From: Leucoraja ocellata
Taxonomy: Eukaryota
NCBI GenBank assembly: GCA_036785375.1
Contig: JAWMAR010000045.1
Coordinates: 6,138,001 to 6,202,000 of the forward strand
Reading direction: 5' to 3'
Length of the DNA stretch: 64,000 nt
The notes beneath the pieces are model-generated. The model was not told the origin of the DNA, did no database searches, and worked only from the letters and a program-made list of their open reading frames with translations. Positions 25,801 to 39,105 of the stretch are shown one piece after another (positions within the stretch are counted from its first letter, which is position 1; each line of letters starts with the position of its first letter). A program made the translations under genes and the position numbers.

Positions 25801-28800
25801 GAAACCATTTATTTTTTCATTGTATCATTTTCAAAACCAGGATCTTTTACACCAATTCAATTTTTAAGCAAGGTGTGAATCCTTAACAAAAATCATTGTA
25901 ATTTGCACAGAGAAGGTGGATTTGAAACCGATTGACATAGGCAGTGAATTGAAAACACCATGAGACAATAAACAGAGAGGATCTCATGAAGAACTTTGAT
26001 TGTAAATTGACTTGAACCAGGCTGTGCTCCTGTAATTGAATTATTTTGCTTCAATTGCTAATGAAAAAAGGGTTGCCTAAATAGGCTGTAATTATAATGA
26101 CTGGGCAGTTTAAAAACTGTGAATGCAACCAACGTTTGGTTCCGACCATAACAAAGGTCTCTGCATTTGAGTTTGCCTAATTCTATAAAGAACAATGGGA
26201 AAAAAAAAACAATAATTGAGTTATCTAAGTAAATCAAATATGGTGTTGAAAAAAATAATTTAGTGAAAATCGGCTGCATTAAATTATTGCTATTGCACAT
26301 CTCAAACTGAGCGACTGCATGGAATAAACTCGCAAATCTCGGTCTGTATTTTTTTTGCTGGCTTCTATCTGTCGTATCTCCTCTTTCACGCTTGTGTGAT
26401 TATGCAAAGAAAATGCAGAAAGATTGAATATTTAGGAACAGCCAAGTCGATAGGTTTTCCTGCTTGTGACAGCGCCATCGAATGCAATCGCATAGTTCTC
26501 TGCTGAATTCTAATTTGTTTGTGACAATCACAGCTATCAAAATGTGGTGCCATTGTTTTCAGATCATCAATTTTCAAAAAAAATAAAAAGGACAAAATCC
26601 CTGCACTGGAACCTCAAGATATGTATTTTCCAATACTAATCCAAAAATATGCTAAACCATCTATGTGATACTATCTTTAGAAGCTATAGACTCCTTAAGC
26701 AGCTGTTTCAGATATACTATTGGAGAAGGAGCTGTAAATAATGTCTGCTGTGCCATACAACAGTGCATTGATGGATGCTGATCTTAAACAGATACTTTAT
26801 GGACCTTTTACATTGGGGTGGGGGGGAAAATGTATCTGTTGCATTTTGATCAGAGATGAATGTTCTATAAATATTTTGAGCTGTGTCTCAATCAAGCAAC
26901 CCATTAATCAAATTGAGGAAACACTGATTAAAAATAATTTGATAGGAAAGGAGCTCAATTGTTAATGTGCTCATCTTATTCATCTAACCTGACCCAAGGC
27001 GAAGGAACATATTCTAAATTGCATTTAAAAGAAAAATTCAAAGAATATTGCAAACAAGAACAAATGGTGCAATTCCTGAACTTTATTTTTATTCCTCACT
27101 TCCCCTTGAAAAATTGTGAACGGTGTCATCTTTCTCAGGCTTTATAGAGGTCAAAATACTCCTTCACCAGCCTCTGGGTTAACGGATATAAAGTCTTTTG
27201 ATTCAGTCCAGAGCACAGTATTCTTAAGTCGGAGATCCATGCTGTGTGGAAGCGAGTTTTCACCCCAAATTATCTGCCTCTGTCTGATTTGGCTGTGCTA
27301 GTCAGGCAGTTAATGTTAATAACATGGAGGACAGATCAAAGGCTCTTTGCTGCCAATGATCATAAGACATTTGATGTTTTGAGTACGGAATTCTCCAAGA
27401 CTGGAACATCCATTCGAACAGGTGCCTTGTGACTCCCCAAGCTTAGATTCTAAAGGATAATATTTTAAGACTTGGCAAAGACAAAGCACCTTTTATACAC
27501 TGCCTACTCAATAAACAAGCGTGCAGATGAGTGACACATTTTTACTCGTTATAACCCAACTTATTTTTCTCTTGCCTTTTGTTTTAAACCTTTAAAAACT
27601 TCTACTTTGGTTGACTTGTAACAAGCAAGCCAAGTGTCTCGAAACAATTGTTTCAAGTGAATGTATTTAGAAAACAAGTTGTGCCTACGAAGTCAAAACC
27701 TTGGATGGAAAGTTTGTTTCATAAAATCACCCTGGCTTCACTTTAAATATTGAATATAACAGAGGCTTCATTCAAAAAGCAACCAGAAGTGGTTCCTGAT
27801 ATTCTCACGTTACGTTGCGTGTTGTTTTGGGACATTCACTGCAGCACACACCTCATTACAATATAAAAACACTTGGGGGTTTAATTTCCTCTCTGTGCTA
27901 TTTTTGGCATTTGCTTTAAACTTCTCTATGCACTATTTAATATTTTTATTAACCCATTTTATTTTAAATGGGTTAACAACTATATTTTAAAAAAGCACTG
28001 AATTGAATTTAGCACATGCATTATTCAGCATGTTAAAACAGCAGGCAGATAATTATTCTGCATATGTGTTGAAATTGTGTTATGCAGTATTAACACATTC
28101 AGATGAAATTCCTTTCCATCCTAATTTAATGAAGTGTTAACCTGTATAATGTATGTCTTGGTTTTAAAAAAAATGGGCAAAGGGACTTCATGAAAATGTA
28201 TCCGTTGCTGATACAGACAGTTTCAGGCTGTTAGCTCCTAAAATTATCAAACACAGAATGTACCTATTAATGCTGATTTTATTTTATTATTTTGGCATCA
28301 GTAAAATATTCTCTTGGGCACTGACCATGTGCCAAAGTGTAATACTGAGCTGGATGAAAGAAAGCACAGTGGTGCTGAAAATTGTGCTGAGTGGTACCAC
28401 TTGCAAGTGATGATTTAAAAACACATGTATCTATAACAGAATAAATGCACCTGGTGTGAATCCTGACAGTAAATTAGTTTGTAAGTTTATAAAAATAATC
28501 TAGGTGACTGTGATACCACCATCGCCACTGCTGTGTTTAAAAAGCAGAGGGAATGCCACAAGCTCTTTTTAATCATTAACAGAATGTGACCAGCAGGCAG
28601 ACCATTTCTATTTTTCGGGGGTTAGGCACTGTGCAATATTTTCCTCACTGTGACACGAGGCAGCCCTGTTTACACCAATGTCTGAATTCACTTGTTTTCA
28701 AATGCACAAGACAAAGTAAAAAGTTGATGAGAAAATTCAGATTTAACGTGACAGATGACTCCCTTCACGTTAAATCTCTGATCCCCTAAAGAAACTGTCT

Positions 28801-29303
28801 TATTTGCCTGGAATGAAAGATGCCTAACTTTGGTTCAGTAGCAACTGAGCTGTTTAGGTTTTGCTGACAATTACTGTACTCATCTCCTCTTATCAGGATA
28901 TATATATGAGTGAGCACACCACAAATTATCAAAGAAAAAGACTGCAATGTCACAATATTTTTTTTATTAATCAGTTAAGCAGACATTGTGTAAGAAATCA
29001 GTAGGTATAACATTAAACTTTCAAATTATAATTTAAGATTCCCACATTGAGGTTTTCTCCTGAAATGCTTGGGGATATAGTTTATATCATCACAAGATTA
29101 TCTCGAGGATCTCGGTTGAAATGATAATATCAATAATTCCCATTGTTCATTGATAGTAGCAGGCTTTACCTGCATTGCTGGTCATTTGTAACACTAACTG
29201 ACAGAACATTGGAATATAAACCTCCCTTCGGTAAAAGAAGAAGAAGCAGAGATGCTCCATTCTCCGGTGTTCAACGAATGAAGAAGGAAAAACTTACAAC
29301 TTC

Positions 29304-29337
29304 TAAATAGAGCATCCAACATTTAAATAGAGCATCC
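29304..29337. repeat. Short direct duplication, TAAATAGAGCATCC x2
   Basis: 14-bp copies at 29304-29317 and 29324-29337. Confidence 0.8.
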
Positions 29338-31687
29338 TATTTAGTACTGCTGATCCAAAGTTTGGTGCATTTCCAAGAAGCTGGGATGAAGCTTCATCAG
29401 GCTTGCACCAAAATGAAATTGGCTGGAAGACAACTATAGTTGTGATTTCAGTCTATCTTCCAGAATTTACAATTTCCGATGACTCCCATCCTTCCATGAT
29501 GTGAGGAGACAGAATGCGCCAACATAGTGCACAGAAATGGCTCCTTGCAGCCATATTTTTTTTAATGGGACTCGCTTCTACTTGAGCTTTTTAAAAAATC
29601 AATTGGATTAAATCCCTCATGTACCTGAATGACTCCAAAATCATTTTGAAATAGAAGCCACTACTTTTTCTCTAAACCAGATAATGATTCCATTGCTAGC
29701 ACAATTTATGATAGCAGTTTGCTTTCATGATGTCATAACACTGGCAATTATAACGTGACATTATCCCATGAAAAGATAAAATACACAAAATCTGTGGTTT
29801 AATTGAAAAAATGCAGAAATCTCCATGGAGTTCAAATCCACCCCCAAGAAACAAATGTGAAGAAAATAGCACTTAAAGGGAGCTGTCTTCAATGAATGAT
29901 TTGCAGAAATGTTTGAACTGTGTAGTTTATCGTGATACAATAAATTTATTTGTTCAGTACGGTGCCATTTCCATCAGCTTATAATTGCATAGAGTCAGTT
30001 GCAGAGAAAGGAAACTGCCTGGGGTTAGTGCAGAATATTTTGTCATTTGAATATTCACAACCTATTGATATGGACCAAAAGCGTTTAATACTGTTTGTGG
30101 TATATTGAACTAAAATGTACGAAGGTAAAATTTTTGCTGGTCACTATATGTAAAGACAGCTGTTTGCATATAATATAATTTTAACTTTTAAGTGAAATTA
30201 TAAACAGAAGAAATGCATCAATAATCTTGTTAAACTGACTAACTAGGAAAGATATTTGTTCATATGTGGTACAAAAGCTCCATTACTTTCTAGGCTTGTC
30301 ATGTCAAAGAATAGGTGATTTCTTTGCTAATTTATAGTAAAATGAAATAATTTGATACTAACAGAATAGATTTTTCCGATTGGCTCTGATTATTTTTATG
30401 ATGTATGACAGTAGAAAAATGCTATATTTTACAAATCTGTTTGGTTTGCTATTTCCTTCACCATCTTGCAATTTAATAATAACTTTATCTTGTATTACTC
30501 TTCACATTCCCTCTTCATTTTGCTCAGTCAGAGAAAAGCCTCCTGCTGCAAATTGGGCCACATTTTTTCACCGGATTCAGTTCTGTAGCTTTAAGATTTG
30601 TAAGAGAAGGACCAGTGAGGAAGAAAGAGGGAGACTGACTCCTAACTAACTGCAATCTGAATTCGTCCTTTTTTTCAATAACTATTTGCTTTGGATCAAA
30701 GTGAACTCTGGAGGAAATGGTGAACAGCTCCAATGGGAGTGGGTACCATATGGGATAAATTAATAACCACAACACTGGTCCTGTTTGAAATGTCTGACTA
30801 GTGTTGTCAGAATGTGACTGGAAAGCACTTTTATCACATCCAGGGTGGGAGTGGAGCAAGGCATGGAAGGATAAATGCATTCAATTGTCACAGAATTGTT
30901 GAAAAAATTACTCTGAATTGTATGATCTTATGGAAATTGTAGCATCTGATATGTGGATCAGCCTCGAAAGCTTGATGGAGCACTTTTTTTTATAATGAAG
31001 AGCATTAAAAAAAAAAAAAAACAGGTTTTAAGAAAAAAGTATAGATTTAAAAGATTTTGTAATACAATAATATGAGCTAATAATAGCCAATGAGTCGAAT
31101 CTGTTTGTTTTGGAATCATATTACAAATTTAATTTCTGTTGTCATAAAGAATATTAATTGTAGATGAGTATGTGAAGTATTACAATGTCATTAAATATGA
31201 GAAAAACTCCTGGATATTTGTAGCAATGGCCTCGGTCACATTTATTGATTTATATTCTTATTTTTGTTATGGATCGTAGTTATAAGGGAGACCTAAATAT
31301 CAATTTGAAGAGGAGGGGGTCAATTTCCTGTCCTTTGTCTCGCTGCCCAGGCTAGGTTTTTGCTTTTCTTAAGGAAAGATAGGATGCTGCTGTCATTGCT
31401 CGGCTGTTGTATCTCAAAATAAAGTAGCTCCGCATTAACGTAGAGAATGATTCGGGGAAAGAGATGAACAAATAGTCATCCAAATCGCAAGCAAGGTTTT
31501 TATTATTAACAGAGTTTTCGACCAACTTTGACTGAGAGTTGAGGAAGTAGGTGTACGGAGATTTCCATCATGATCCATTCGAGTTTGGTCACAGCTGTTG
31601 GATATCTGCAAGTATGTTCATAAGATTTGCAGTAACATGGCGGAATTCCGCTCCATTTTATAATTTATAAACAGTCTTAAGAATATG

Positions 31688-31751
31688 TTGTAGCCTTCAA
31701 AGACAGCATGAATGCACATTTTGTAGCCTTCAAAGACAGCATGAATGCACA
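31688..31751. repeat. Perfect tandem duplication, 31-bp unit, 33-bp period
   Basis: TTGTAGCCTTCAAAGACAGCATGAATGCACA at 31688-31718 and 31721-31751. Confidence 0.95.
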
Positions 31752-32949
31752 AGCTATCTGCACAATGTGAGGAATTCAGAAGTTGAATTAAACTCTTGTT
31801 GCTTTCTTGTTGTCCTGTTACTTTGAAACTCTTCGTAACATTCTATACCTTGTCCCATTTAGGAAGTACTCCTAATTGCTTCAAGCTAAAACAAATTCAC
31901 ACTTAGCTATTTTTTTTGGAATAAATGGCTTATTTCTGCTGATAGGCTGGTGAAGGGGGTTGGCAGATATGGAATGTCTTAGAAATGAACCATGTCTGTC
32001 AGTGGGTATACAACACCTGGGTAACTTGCTTAAAAAAATGTTCCTTCTGAATAGAGAAATGAAAATGTCACTAATCTACCGACTGAATCTGGACCAATTG
32101 GGAAGCATCATCAATCATCAAGCTACATCAATTTCTTTGGAAGAGTTAAATCGATTTAATTATGCCACCTTCTCTCCACATTTAGTATATTTAGTATTCT
32201 GCAACTCTCAAGTGCTGGAAAATATTTTGTTCTGATTTGTATTACCGTATAATATTGTGCTTTAAAATTCAGGAAAAAAAAACAATCTTATGGTGGCAAT
32301 GCCATAACTCTCTTGCAGTTAATGCTGTTTCTGAATTCAAGCTCCTTATTTTTCTGTTGGGTATTATGTTTTTATTGAGTTGGTATAATATGTCATGCTT
32401 TATGTTCTTATCTCTTTGGGTAATAACTCAGTTAATAGCTCTTAAAAATATTGCATTTTAATGATGTCGCTTTGAAGACTTTATCTTTGCTGAACAGTCG
32501 GGGAACAAAATAAGAATCAGTGTAGGCTGCACTGCTCCATACGGCACTCCCCTTGTTTGATGAAATTAAATGTAGGAAAAATTATTCATATAAATCTTCC
32601 CTGAAAAGCTATTAATCACCAGTGGAAAAAAGTCCCGATTGAGATCCCATTTCATGAATGTGCATTATATCATATTTTATTTCTTTAGTAAAATGTGAAG
32701 AAATATAGAAAATAAGTATGGAGTTTTACGAGCATAATTTTTGTAAGATGAACAAACCAGTGTATAACATCCTTACCAAAACCACCACCTCTCCCTCCTT
32801 TGTCGCTCTGTTTAAAATTGCCCAGAAAGTCTTCTACATTAGATTGTTATATTGCAACTAGATGCTGAAATTTAATTTTGGGGAAAGATCCTTGTTCTAT
32901 AAATGTCCATTCAACATTGAAAATGTGAGGATTGTTTACATGAGCTATA

Positions 32950-33030
32950 ACAAAAACAAAACATGCTGGAAAAACTCAGCTGGCCAGGCAGCACCTGAGA
33001 AAAGAGAAACAGTTAATGGTACAGGTCCGA
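32950..33030 (-). mobile_element. Older Penelope-type terminal repeat relic
   Basis: ATGCTGGAAAAACTCAGCTGGCCAGGCAGCA..AGAGAAACAGTTAA resembles the reverse complement of the hammerhead-bearing family. Confidence 0.55.
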
Positions 33031-33064
33031 GATTATCAGAGAAGGTGGGAGAGGTATTACGAGT

Positions 33065-33420
33065 ATTTATAATATTTACAAGGCAAGTTTCAATAAAGCG
33101 ACACACTCCAAAGTACTTCACAGGAGTGTTAACAATCAAAATTTAACATGGATCACAAGGGGAACCATAAGGGAAGATGACGACAGCTTGATTATTTAGT
33201 ATGTTATCAAAAGTGATTTAAAGGAGGAAAGAGAGGTGGTGGATTTTCGAGGAGGTATTGTAGTTCAGGATCTTGACAGCTGAAGACATGGAATAACCAG
33301 ATCTGAGATGATCAAGGATATGAGGGCGTAAGGCGGATGGACTTCAAGGAAACCAGGGAACAAGACCTTTGAGAGTTTGAAAGTAAGATGAAGAATTTTA
33401 AAAGAGGAACCCATGTTTGT
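33065..33420 (-). mobile_element. Old L2 LINE 3' fragment
   Basis: CTTCACAGGAGTGTT..CAAAATTT..TTAAAGGAGGAAAGAGAGGT..CAGCTGAAG..GATGAAGAATTTTAAA, collinear with chondrichthyan L2 3' ends as I recall them. Confidence 0.6.
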
Positions 33421-33778
33421 GATGTGTGAAGGGGTACATTCAATGATTTTAATAGATGGGAATAATTCCGAAAAGCATGTAGAAATAAATTCCTATTGTT
33501 ATTAAGTTCTGATGAGCACAACGTTAAAACTGCATCCTAGGGGTTGCGTGCTAATAGACAAAGAGACGTTTCATAGTTTGGCCTCCCAGTTAATTGCTGT
33601 CAGGTGGTGGTGTCAAAGACTCGTGTTTACAACCACTTCCAATGAAAATTAGATCTTCGACAGTTTGGGTTGCATACAAGTAATCCAGAGTGCTCCAGTT
33701 TGTGGTAAGAGATCAGTTTACCTTAACCCGTCCGTGGCAAGAATTGTGGATAGAGAACTTAATAAAGATCTTAATAAA

Positions 33779-33880
33779 GTTCTGAAGAAGGCCCTCGACC
33801 CGAAACGTCACCCATTCCTTCTCTCCAGAGATGCTGCCTGTCCTGCTGAGTTACTCCAGCATTTTGTGTCGACTTTTGGC
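33779..33880 (+). mobile_element. Penelope-type short insert (copy B)
   Basis: Near-consensus body; flanked by CTTAATAAA (33770-33778 / 33881-33889), with a third copy of this 9-mer at 33758. Confidence 0.85.
33782..33813 (+). ncRNA. Minimal hammerhead ribozyme motif (core intact, helix II mismatched)
   Basis: CTGAAGA-AGGCCCTCGACCC-GAAAC-GTC: conserved CUGANGA and GAAA boxes, palindromic ACGT helix III and GUC cleavage triplet. Confidence 0.6.
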
Positions 33881-34634
33881 CTTAATAAAATTTGGGTACA
33901 GAGATAGGCACTTAAAAATGCCTTTATGTTTAAAAATGTACTGGATAGTGCTTACAATGTTCCATCGCCAGACGTTGCACTTGAAATCATGGAATGTAGG
34001 TCTTTATTTTATTTTAATAACATCAGAGTTCCCATTTTCTTTGTGGCTTATGATAAAGCAGTTAGATTCACTGGGCTCTAATTCTGGCTGGCATTTGATG
34101 GCAAATGCAGCTGGTAAGATGTAAGTTGTGAAAATTGTGCTTGGAATTGACATCGCAATGCTCTTTTGAACCCAAACCATTAACAGGATGGTGCTGTATT
34201 TCAGTTCTTTACCAGGTTTTGCAGGTTACAGCCATTAGCTGCTGTTTTGTGGAGGGAGTTTGCATGCTTATATGAAAGAAATACTAACTGAGGATTAAGC
34301 AGAATTGCCTAAGGATATCCAGGCTCAACTTACACCATTGGTATATGCTCACATATTGGTTCCAACAGTGGTGGCTGATGTTCTGTGTTTTCAGAAGTTT
34401 TTTGGTTCTTCATTTATGCCAGAGGCAACAAACCTTACTTGGACCCCAGCTAACAAAAGCAGAACAATGGAGGGCATTATTACAATCAGCATAGGTTATA
34501 GTAAACTTGTTCTATTTCCTACACACTATTGAAAATAGCACAACAAGATTGTTGATCACCTGCAGCTTTGTACTCTCGACAACAGTTCATGGCCTTACCA
34601 ACCAGGTGAACATATGTGTTGATCCTAAATTAAA

Positions 34635-34936
34635 TTTAGTTTTAGTTTAGAGATATGGTGCGGAAACAAGCCCTTCGAGTCTGCGTCGACCAGCGATCCC
34701 CACACACTAACACTACCCTACACACACTAGGGACAATTTACATTTGTACCAAGCCAATGAACCTACAAACCTGTACGTCTTTGGAGTGTGGGTGGACACC
34801 GAAGATCTCGGAGAAAACATGCGCAGGTCACAGGGAGAACGTACAAACTCCGTACAGACACCACCCATAGTCGGGATCGAACCCTGGACACTGGTGATGC
34901 AAGGCAGCAACTCTACCGCTGCACCACCGTGCTGCT
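34635..34936 (-). mobile_element. V-SINE (HE1-like), near full length
   Basis: (TTTAG)n tail, V-domain (TCTTTGGAGTGTGGG..GGAGAAAAC..GGGAGAACGTACAAACTCC), B-box GGGATCGAACCC and A-box CTACCGCTGCACCACCGTGC on the minus strand. Confidence 0.9.
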
Positions 34937-37900
34937 CCTTTCTACAACTGTAATGGCAAATAATTCACCTATTTAGTTAATTAGTTGATGTCTATCACTG
35001 CTCAACATCATGAATAGACGTGGCAACAAATTACCCATTCAAACTTAAAAAAATTAGTGTACTAGTCTCATAGAGTGTAGAACTTAACAATGAAGGCTTT
35101 GACCCTTTATACAACATGTTAAACCTAAAGAAGCTTCAGAGCAAAGTTCCTCTGCAGTATTTCAGGATGGTGCTGTGTGAGGACAAGTTCAAAGTTAAAA
35201 TAGTTTCCATTTGTATAGTGCTACGGGCTTGCATGAAATAAGCTGAGAAATAGATCAACCTTAAAGGAATGACTGTGCTTGTTTAAAGAAGCATGGGCAA
35301 GAGAATCAAGTGCTTTTTTGAAGACTTTCTTCCTTATTACACCTGTCAAGCTTGTGTTTCTGCATTTAAACTGGAACCATGAGATCAAGGAGCAAGACTA
35401 CAACTCTGTGACAGTTTTCACAGAGATTAGTGAATATGGTTTTCATACAGCTCTTTCCCAGTTCAAACATATTAAACAAAACTGAAAGTGGACGTGGAGT
35501 TTAGCACCAGGTTGGATTCTGCCAAACAGGCATTTTGATCAGATCGATATGAGAATTACTCCTTTACTGTGGTTGGGGGCACTGTCACATCAGAAGTTCG
35601 TTTGAATTGAATTAGTATTTTCTTTTTGTTCAACAATGGCTTAACTCACAAGAACCTGCTTAAAATGGCCACCTGCCTTCACTGTACAAAGGACTAATTC
35701 CCAGCTCACCGTTCACTTCCAATAAACATATTGTTTGACAAATAATTAATTGTGTAAACTTTTCAATGCTTTTGAGCTGCTAGGCACTGATGTAATCCAA
35801 AGGAACATAATAAACATGTACATTTGTGAAATATAAGAGTGATTCTCAAAATAACTGTGCCCCAATCAAGGATGTTGCAATCAAACAAAAACTAAATTTT
35901 CTGGCTCTGGAAATATATCTGACAGAAGCCCTTTCACATGCCATCAGAGTAGTGGTGATTATCAATGTAAACAATAAACAAGACTCTAGAGGATGGCTGT
36001 GACCAGCCTTTCGAATGGAAGACTGAAACAATCTGTAACGTATTACAAAAGAGCAAAGGGCATCCTGGAGAGCTAGCATGGAAACACCTTAATGGAAAGA
36101 AAATCCCACCTTGATCTTTTAGGGTGCAGTTCAGTTGAGATTGAGTTAAAGGTAAATTAAAGACACATTCCCTTTCTTTGATCATTTAGTATATTTTTTT
36201 GCCGCTGAAATGTTTCTTCCTGTCAGTGGTGTATGTTTCTAGGCTTCTATGTTCTCCTGCTACTCTGTCCATCTGGGATTCATCCGTTATGTACCCCACC
36301 TAGTCACAGTAGCCATTGTACCAAAAGGTTGGAATTCTTCCTCTTGGGGTTAAGATCTAAAGCAGATTGGAAATATTTAACAGCAGAAAGCTAACAAAAG
36401 AAAAACTCTGATCTCCACCTTAACTAAAAGAAAACCTTCAATTAGAGCAAGTAGTAGTATATTTGATTTTTTGCCAAGAATAGACAGAAGAATAGTTGCA
36501 GTAAGGAGAGAGTTAACCCTGGGACGAGTTGGAAATATGCTTTGGCTTTGCTGTTAATGCAAACTCTTACAGAAAATAGTTTTCCAATACCATCAAACAA
36601 GGAAGTATATGAAAGAATATTATTCAGAAGAATGTATTTGGCTTGTAATAACTTGATAGCTTACTAAAAAAACTATACTCTGTTACCCAATAGTGAATGG
36701 GTGCAGCAATTAAAGATAAGGGCGGTGATATCTGTGTGGGTGAGGAATCATGTTTAATAAAGTAGTTTGAAATACCTTTAGTACAGATACTTCAGACATT
36801 CCATTACCAATATTAAATACACTTAGAAGTCCAAATCCTTAAAGCATGTGCCTTTGCATGTAAATATATTTATAGTCCTCCACAACCTGAGCAAAATATC
36901 TGTTTGTCTCCTGCACTGCTATAATAGTAATTTGCACCTCAATATCTTTTGGCTTTTTTTTGCTCCTCAAGCTATTGAAGGAGAAATTGCGAACTGTTTT
37001 GTTTTCCTTGACACATCATGTATTGTCTGGCTAAAGCAGTTGTCTGACTTTCATTTGGCTTGTTTCTCCTTGGTGGTTGCCTGCTGATCCTTGGCACCAC
37101 AGATCCTGCTGCTGTTAGTCTAGTGACTAGAAGCCAATCTATCTCTCAGCAAGTTGTTTATTTTCTGAATACACAGGGAGGAATCCCCGTAAATGAGTAA
37201 GTGTTACTTTTCACTTATTTCCCAGCCAGCAGGTGTCCTGAAACACAATTTTGCCTTAACTACCTTGGCATCTGAGATGTGAATGAAGTCTAATCAGTCA
37301 CCCCCTCTTGTCAGACTTTCTTGAATAGGACTCTGTACCCAAGTTATTCTGAGGTCTGTGCTCTTGAAATACAGCTTTAATTCTTCAAGAACAAGCAGAA
37401 TGTCTTATTGAACAGTTTGAACGAGTAAGTCTTGTCTCAGCATGGATTGACACCTGGCAGAAAGGATGAGCATAAACCATATTGTGTATTATCTGTATAA
37501 TATTATGTCTAGTATCCGATTGAGTATCATTCTTTGGTCATATGATAAGAAATTAATGTGACTAGAATGGAACTGAACCATACATAGCTGGACTAAAATT
37601 AATTGGCACAATATTATTTGAAACTTAGAGGACCAAGGTTAATGTTTGCTGTGGTATAAATCACTGAACCTTTCTTTTAAAGAAACTAGTATGCTCACTT
37701 GTGACCACCAGCTGTGTGAACAGACCCTTGTATATCCAGTCCCTAGATTAGAATCCAATTTAAATTAAATATTTACTTTCCTTGTTAGCTGCGGCAGTTT
37801 TACTTAGAGTAGTATTTGTCAGAGTAGGTCCAGTTCCCATTAGTTGTGAAATTGGCAGCAACAAATCACAGACTCATTCAGAAACGCCATAAAGATGATT

Positions 37901-38680
37901 TGGAAAGTGGAATAGAAAGGGAAGCTGGGAAAATGAGTTATAAGCTCCACCTGACTTTGCAGCATATCATACCAACATTGGATATCAACGTTTTTTTCAT
38001 TCTTCAAATGCAGTTATCCTTAACATTAATCAGCACAATAAGCCTTGCAAATAAAAACTCTTAGCTCTGATTTAGGGAACTGAACCTTTAATCCAGCAAC
38101 TGAGCAGTGTGATATGCGAATTACATCCCATCAAAAATCCTCATCTTGTTATCAGAAATATTATTGAAGAATAAAGGAAGTTTTAACTTTAATTTTTCAA
38201 CAATGATTAACACTTAAGATTGTTGTGACTGCCTCTTGCTTCCTTTCTTCTCTTCCAGAGAAACCAAACTTTTATTCAAAACCAAACCAGGCTTTTCTCA
38301 GCCCTGTGGTCATGATTGACACCAGGGTAGATTTTCAGAGCATGTGTGATCATAACTAAGACCACTTATTTCCACCATTCAGCATATGTCCTCTCATTCT
38401 TAATATTGCTACCCCTCAACTTAATCTAGATAATGTGCATAAAAACTGACTATCCAGTATCGGCAGGACTATAGTGGTGTTAGATTAGCAGATAATCTAC
38501 GATGTTACTCATGTTAATACCCCAACACACTTTTTTATTTAACTTTTTTTCATTGGTATACGGGATATTGAGAGCAGGAGGCTGAGACGGGTGAGTTTAG
38601 AAGAAAAAAATAGGACATTCATCCTATCGGAACTGGATGCCAAACCATCAGGATTTGCAAACAATAAAATATGAGGTTAT

Positions 38681-38775
38681 TGTCTGACGAAGGGTTTCGA
38701 CCCGAAATGTCACCCATTCCTTCTCTCCAGAGATGCTGCCTGACGCGCTGAGTTACTCCAGCATTTTGTGTCTGG
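38681..38775 (+). mobile_element. Penelope-type short insert with hammerhead motif (copy C)
   Basis: CTGACGA-A-GGGT-TTCG-ACCC-GAAA-TGTC-ACCC followed by the family body; possible TSD GGTTAT (38675-38680 / 38776-38781). Confidence 0.85.
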
Positions 38776-38930
38776 GGTTATCGAAGTTTTACTGCACTGT
38801 TGAACAGACTTCCTCCTTCTAACATTTGTATATATGTTCATCCAAATCTCTGTTGCCTGTATCCTTTTGCACCACACCCTGATCCCCAACGCTCTTGAAC
38901 ATGTAGGAACGAACTGCAGATGCTAATTTA

Positions 38931-39105
38931 ATAATAATAATAGTAATAAATTTTATTTGCGGGCGCCTTTCAAAGTCTCAAGGACACCTTACAGAGATTA
39001 ACAAGAGAGAAAAAACATAGTCGGAGTAAAATAAATAATAAGGACATCACCAATACACAAATTAAAGACAGAAATCGCTCCAAAGACAAAAAATCAAAAA
39101 CACAA
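38931..39105 (-). mobile_element. Young L2 LINE/SINE 3' end with (TAT)n tail
   Basis: Reverse complement reads TGTAAGGTGTCCTTGAGACTTTGAAAGGCGCCCGCAAATAAAATTTATTACTATTATTATTAT, a typical L2 3' terminus; lies between two pieces of a minus-strand Penelope-type repeat (38903-38930, 39151-39170). Confidence 0.75.

Noticed and set aside
27949-27976. 11-bp stem hairpin TTAACCCATTT / AAATGGGTTAA
   Set aside because: Short and AT-rich, with no associated feature; it could arise by chance or local template switching.
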